DNA of 64,000 nt from Antedon mediterranea (Eukaryota > Animalia > Echinodermata), in contig NC_092678.1 in the NCBI RefSeq assembly GCF_964355755.1, positions 17,687,365 through 17,751,364 of the forward strand, given 5' to 3'. This document shows positions 61,233 to 64,000 of this stretch, one piece after another. Each line of letters opens with the position of its first letter. Position 1 is the first letter of the stretch. The notes under the pieces are model-generated. The model worked only from the letters and a program-made list of their open reading frames with translations, was not told the DNA's origin and made no database searches. The position numbers and the translations under genes were made by a program.

Positions 61233-64000
61233 CTGAAAATCGTGAAAAAATGCATTAAATAAGTATATATACAGTACAAAAGGATAGTACGATAAAAAAA
61301 ATGATTTTTTAAATTTCGAAATACAAACAAAATATAACAACACATATCTATATTGTGCCAACAGAGGCCATAGACGGCTTATATCTAATTAGGCGTGTCA
61401 CTCCAGCAGTGAAACCATTAGGCCTACAAGGTATATACAAGGACATAATAATATTTGTCTAATGTTACTTTAGCTCGTATTATCATTATTTGCATGTTTT
61501 AGCTGTTTTTCTTTAACAGCTTTTACATGATATAACTATGTTTTATCTGGATTTACTGTAATCATGTTGTAATTTCCATATCATATGATTTCTGGATGTA
61601 GATTAATATCTACGATACAATACAACCGTTAAATGACGATGATCCATGTATTCTGCTATATTTTTATTTTTCATTATGGCCGCCGATGTTGCTACAGTAA
61701 CTGAATTAAATACCGTAATCGCATAAACAATGTCAAAATAGAAAAACTCAAAAAGAGCAAAAAGAAAGATATTACATTTGATCGTATTACGCATGAAACA
61801 GACATATTTCATTGAAGTATTAATTCCTAAAATAAAATAATTGTTTTTATAAGGCATAGCGTTAAACTGACGTTTTCATGAGAGGAAGATATACAATATT
61901 TGTTTCTGGTGCACAATAAGCATATTACAACACTATTACACTAAAGCATAAAGTTACACTTAACTGTGCCTTAACACCGTTTAACAGTTCACCTGATACA
62001 AAATTCTGATTTGTCCAAATTTCTTTTTAAAAAATCTGACAAATATAAACATGAAGAAATAAAAAGCATGCAATGTCATTAATATACATCAGACTTATTA
62101 TAATGACATCAATTTTCGATAATCATAAGGACGAGTTCTCGAATGATTCTCTCATTTGTGCCGATGGAATTGATATTTCCTAAGTTCACCTAACTACGGA
62201 GGAATAACGCTGTTCATGTACGTACCACACTACATTATATAACAGATGCCTCACATAATGACGTTTTCATGAGAGGAAGATATATTACATTTGTTCCGTG
62301 TGAACAATAAGCTTATTACAACACTATTGCAAATCATATATGAAATGAAACAATATGTCATAGTTCACTACTGTAGTAATGGATGGATAACGCAAACGTA
62401 TACGTACCACCACACTATATAGATAACAAATGGCTCTTATAATGACGTTTTCTTAGAGGAAGATATAATAAATATTTGTTCCGCGTGCAAAATAAGCTTA
62501 TAACACTATTGTAGATTATACGTGAATCGAAACAATTATGTCGAGTGTGCCTATTCCTTCTTGTTTTATTGTGGACAACCGCATAGAGAAACTTTAACAT
62601 TTAACGCCATACGTCTGGATTGTCTGTGATTTTAAACGATTGTCAATGCTATCTCGATATATGACAATTATTTCAATTTGGTAATACAGAATCTCAAATG
62701 TATCACATGTGGTTCTTGTATCATTAGGTTAAGAATAAACATTTAAAATAATTATATAATTTCTCATTTAATAAAACATACCAGTTATACAACAAACTAC
62801 GTACAGGAGCTCGAGCTTATGTTAAAGTAGTACATATTTTTTATCATTTATATTAAGAATACATTAATCATAATGTTTAATGATGCTGTATTATCGAATT
62901 TTAATGTTACTGGAGAAATCGAGATACAATACCGATAATCAGGTGTGTTAGACCAGAATACGTTACTCTGGCTTAAAATGGAGGTCTTTGCTTTAACCAC
63001 GTTCTGAAATGTGTCTGTAAGATTATGTTAGGCAAAAACAACACCTTGTATACCATAGCAGCCTGGTGTAGAGACCTATATATTGCCTACGCTAAATTCT
63101 TTCTTAAACTTGTTCCCACTTATACCTTCTAGAGGAATGTTATCCATAGATATAACCCTAATATACTGCTGATTGGATTCGTCATTTTATAATTGTAACA
63201 CAATGTGTCATAAGAACTGTTCGTTATACCATGGTAGTATTTGCTACAGCATGTATAAGCTCTGAAAACTCCAAAATGACCAATCCTGAGTTACAGCTAC
63301 GACGGTGCTACAGTAACTGAATTAAATAGTCTTGTTCGCAAACAATGCCAAAAACTTAAAACGAGCAAAAAGAAGATATTACATTTGAACGTATTAGGCC
63401 TATACATGAAACAGACATATTCCGTAGAAGTATTAATTAATAATTAATTCCTAAAATAAAATAATTGTTTTTTTGAGGCATTGAGTTAAAATTACGTTTT
63501 CATGAGAGGAAGAAAATATAATATTTGTTCCTCGTGCAAAATAAGCTTATTACAACACTGTTGCAGATTATACGTGAATCGGCGACGATTGTACGGAGGC
63601 CTGTCTATTTTTGTTTTCGTATCTAATTTTGGCTTTCAAAAATGGCAGCGCAAAGCAATCGCTATCCCTGGATCCGACCCGTCGTATTATTTTGATATAC
63701 AATGATAGAGGTTCAGACGTTCTGTAGTATATTTAAATTGTATTATTTGTATGTTCCCTTTAAACTTCATCTTAATTTCAAATAGAAAACTATCAATAAA
63801 GTAATATTGTTTACTTAGAAGTGTGCCAATTATCCAGCATAGAAGAAAACAAAATCGGACAAAATTTAAACACATGTTACCAGGTTTTTTTAAACATTAT
63901 TAAAGCAAAGTGTGTTAATTATTGAGATGTAAAGCACATAGGCTGATTTTAGCATGATGAAGTGCAAATATGGAGGGAGGGGAAATATAAAATGTAGACA

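Larger units (their letters stand above)
46555..64000. repeat. Array of multi-kb tandemly duplicated class-B LRR exon+intron units
   Basis: The anchor CATGAGGAAGTG recurs near 46560, 52688, 60501 and 63953. Other blocks recur in register with various internal deletions and TE insertions. Confidence 0.9.

Overview
AT-rich, intron-rich, repeat-dense animal genomic DNA, probably a marine invertebrate. Echinoderm, possibly crinoid, is a guess from composition and TE content. All host coding exons I can support are on the minus strand and belong to two tandem paralogous leucine-rich-repeat (LRR) loci. Gene A runs from 19740 towards the left edge and splices in frame as signal peptide - CUB - LRRNT - four 72-bp phase-2 LRR exons. 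Each LRR exon sits in its own tandemly duplicated exon+intron unit. Locus B enters from the right edge and runs to about 43246. It has four LRR cassettes with destroyed splice donors, two intact LRR exons and a Cys-rich LGR/GRL101-like hinge, but no 7TM region in the window. Cassettes differ mainly at the xLxxN ligand-face positions while their introns are near-identical, which suggests a modular LRR-diversification system. The rest is mobile DNA. It includes a young 5'-truncated Tx1/L1 LINE with a 16-bp TSD, RTE-X-like, Rex/Babar and CR1-type fragments, three Academ-type elements (one a foldback made of two transposase 3' ends), Kolobok-, hAT- and Harbinger-like non-autonomous elements, a Helitron and a ~110-bp satellite. 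There is also a frameshifted SH3 first-exon fragment. Paralog comparisons show TA->TAGGCCTA and TA->TACAGTA/TACTGTA micro-insertions that look like transposon excision footprints. Family names come from recalled motifs; no database search was run.
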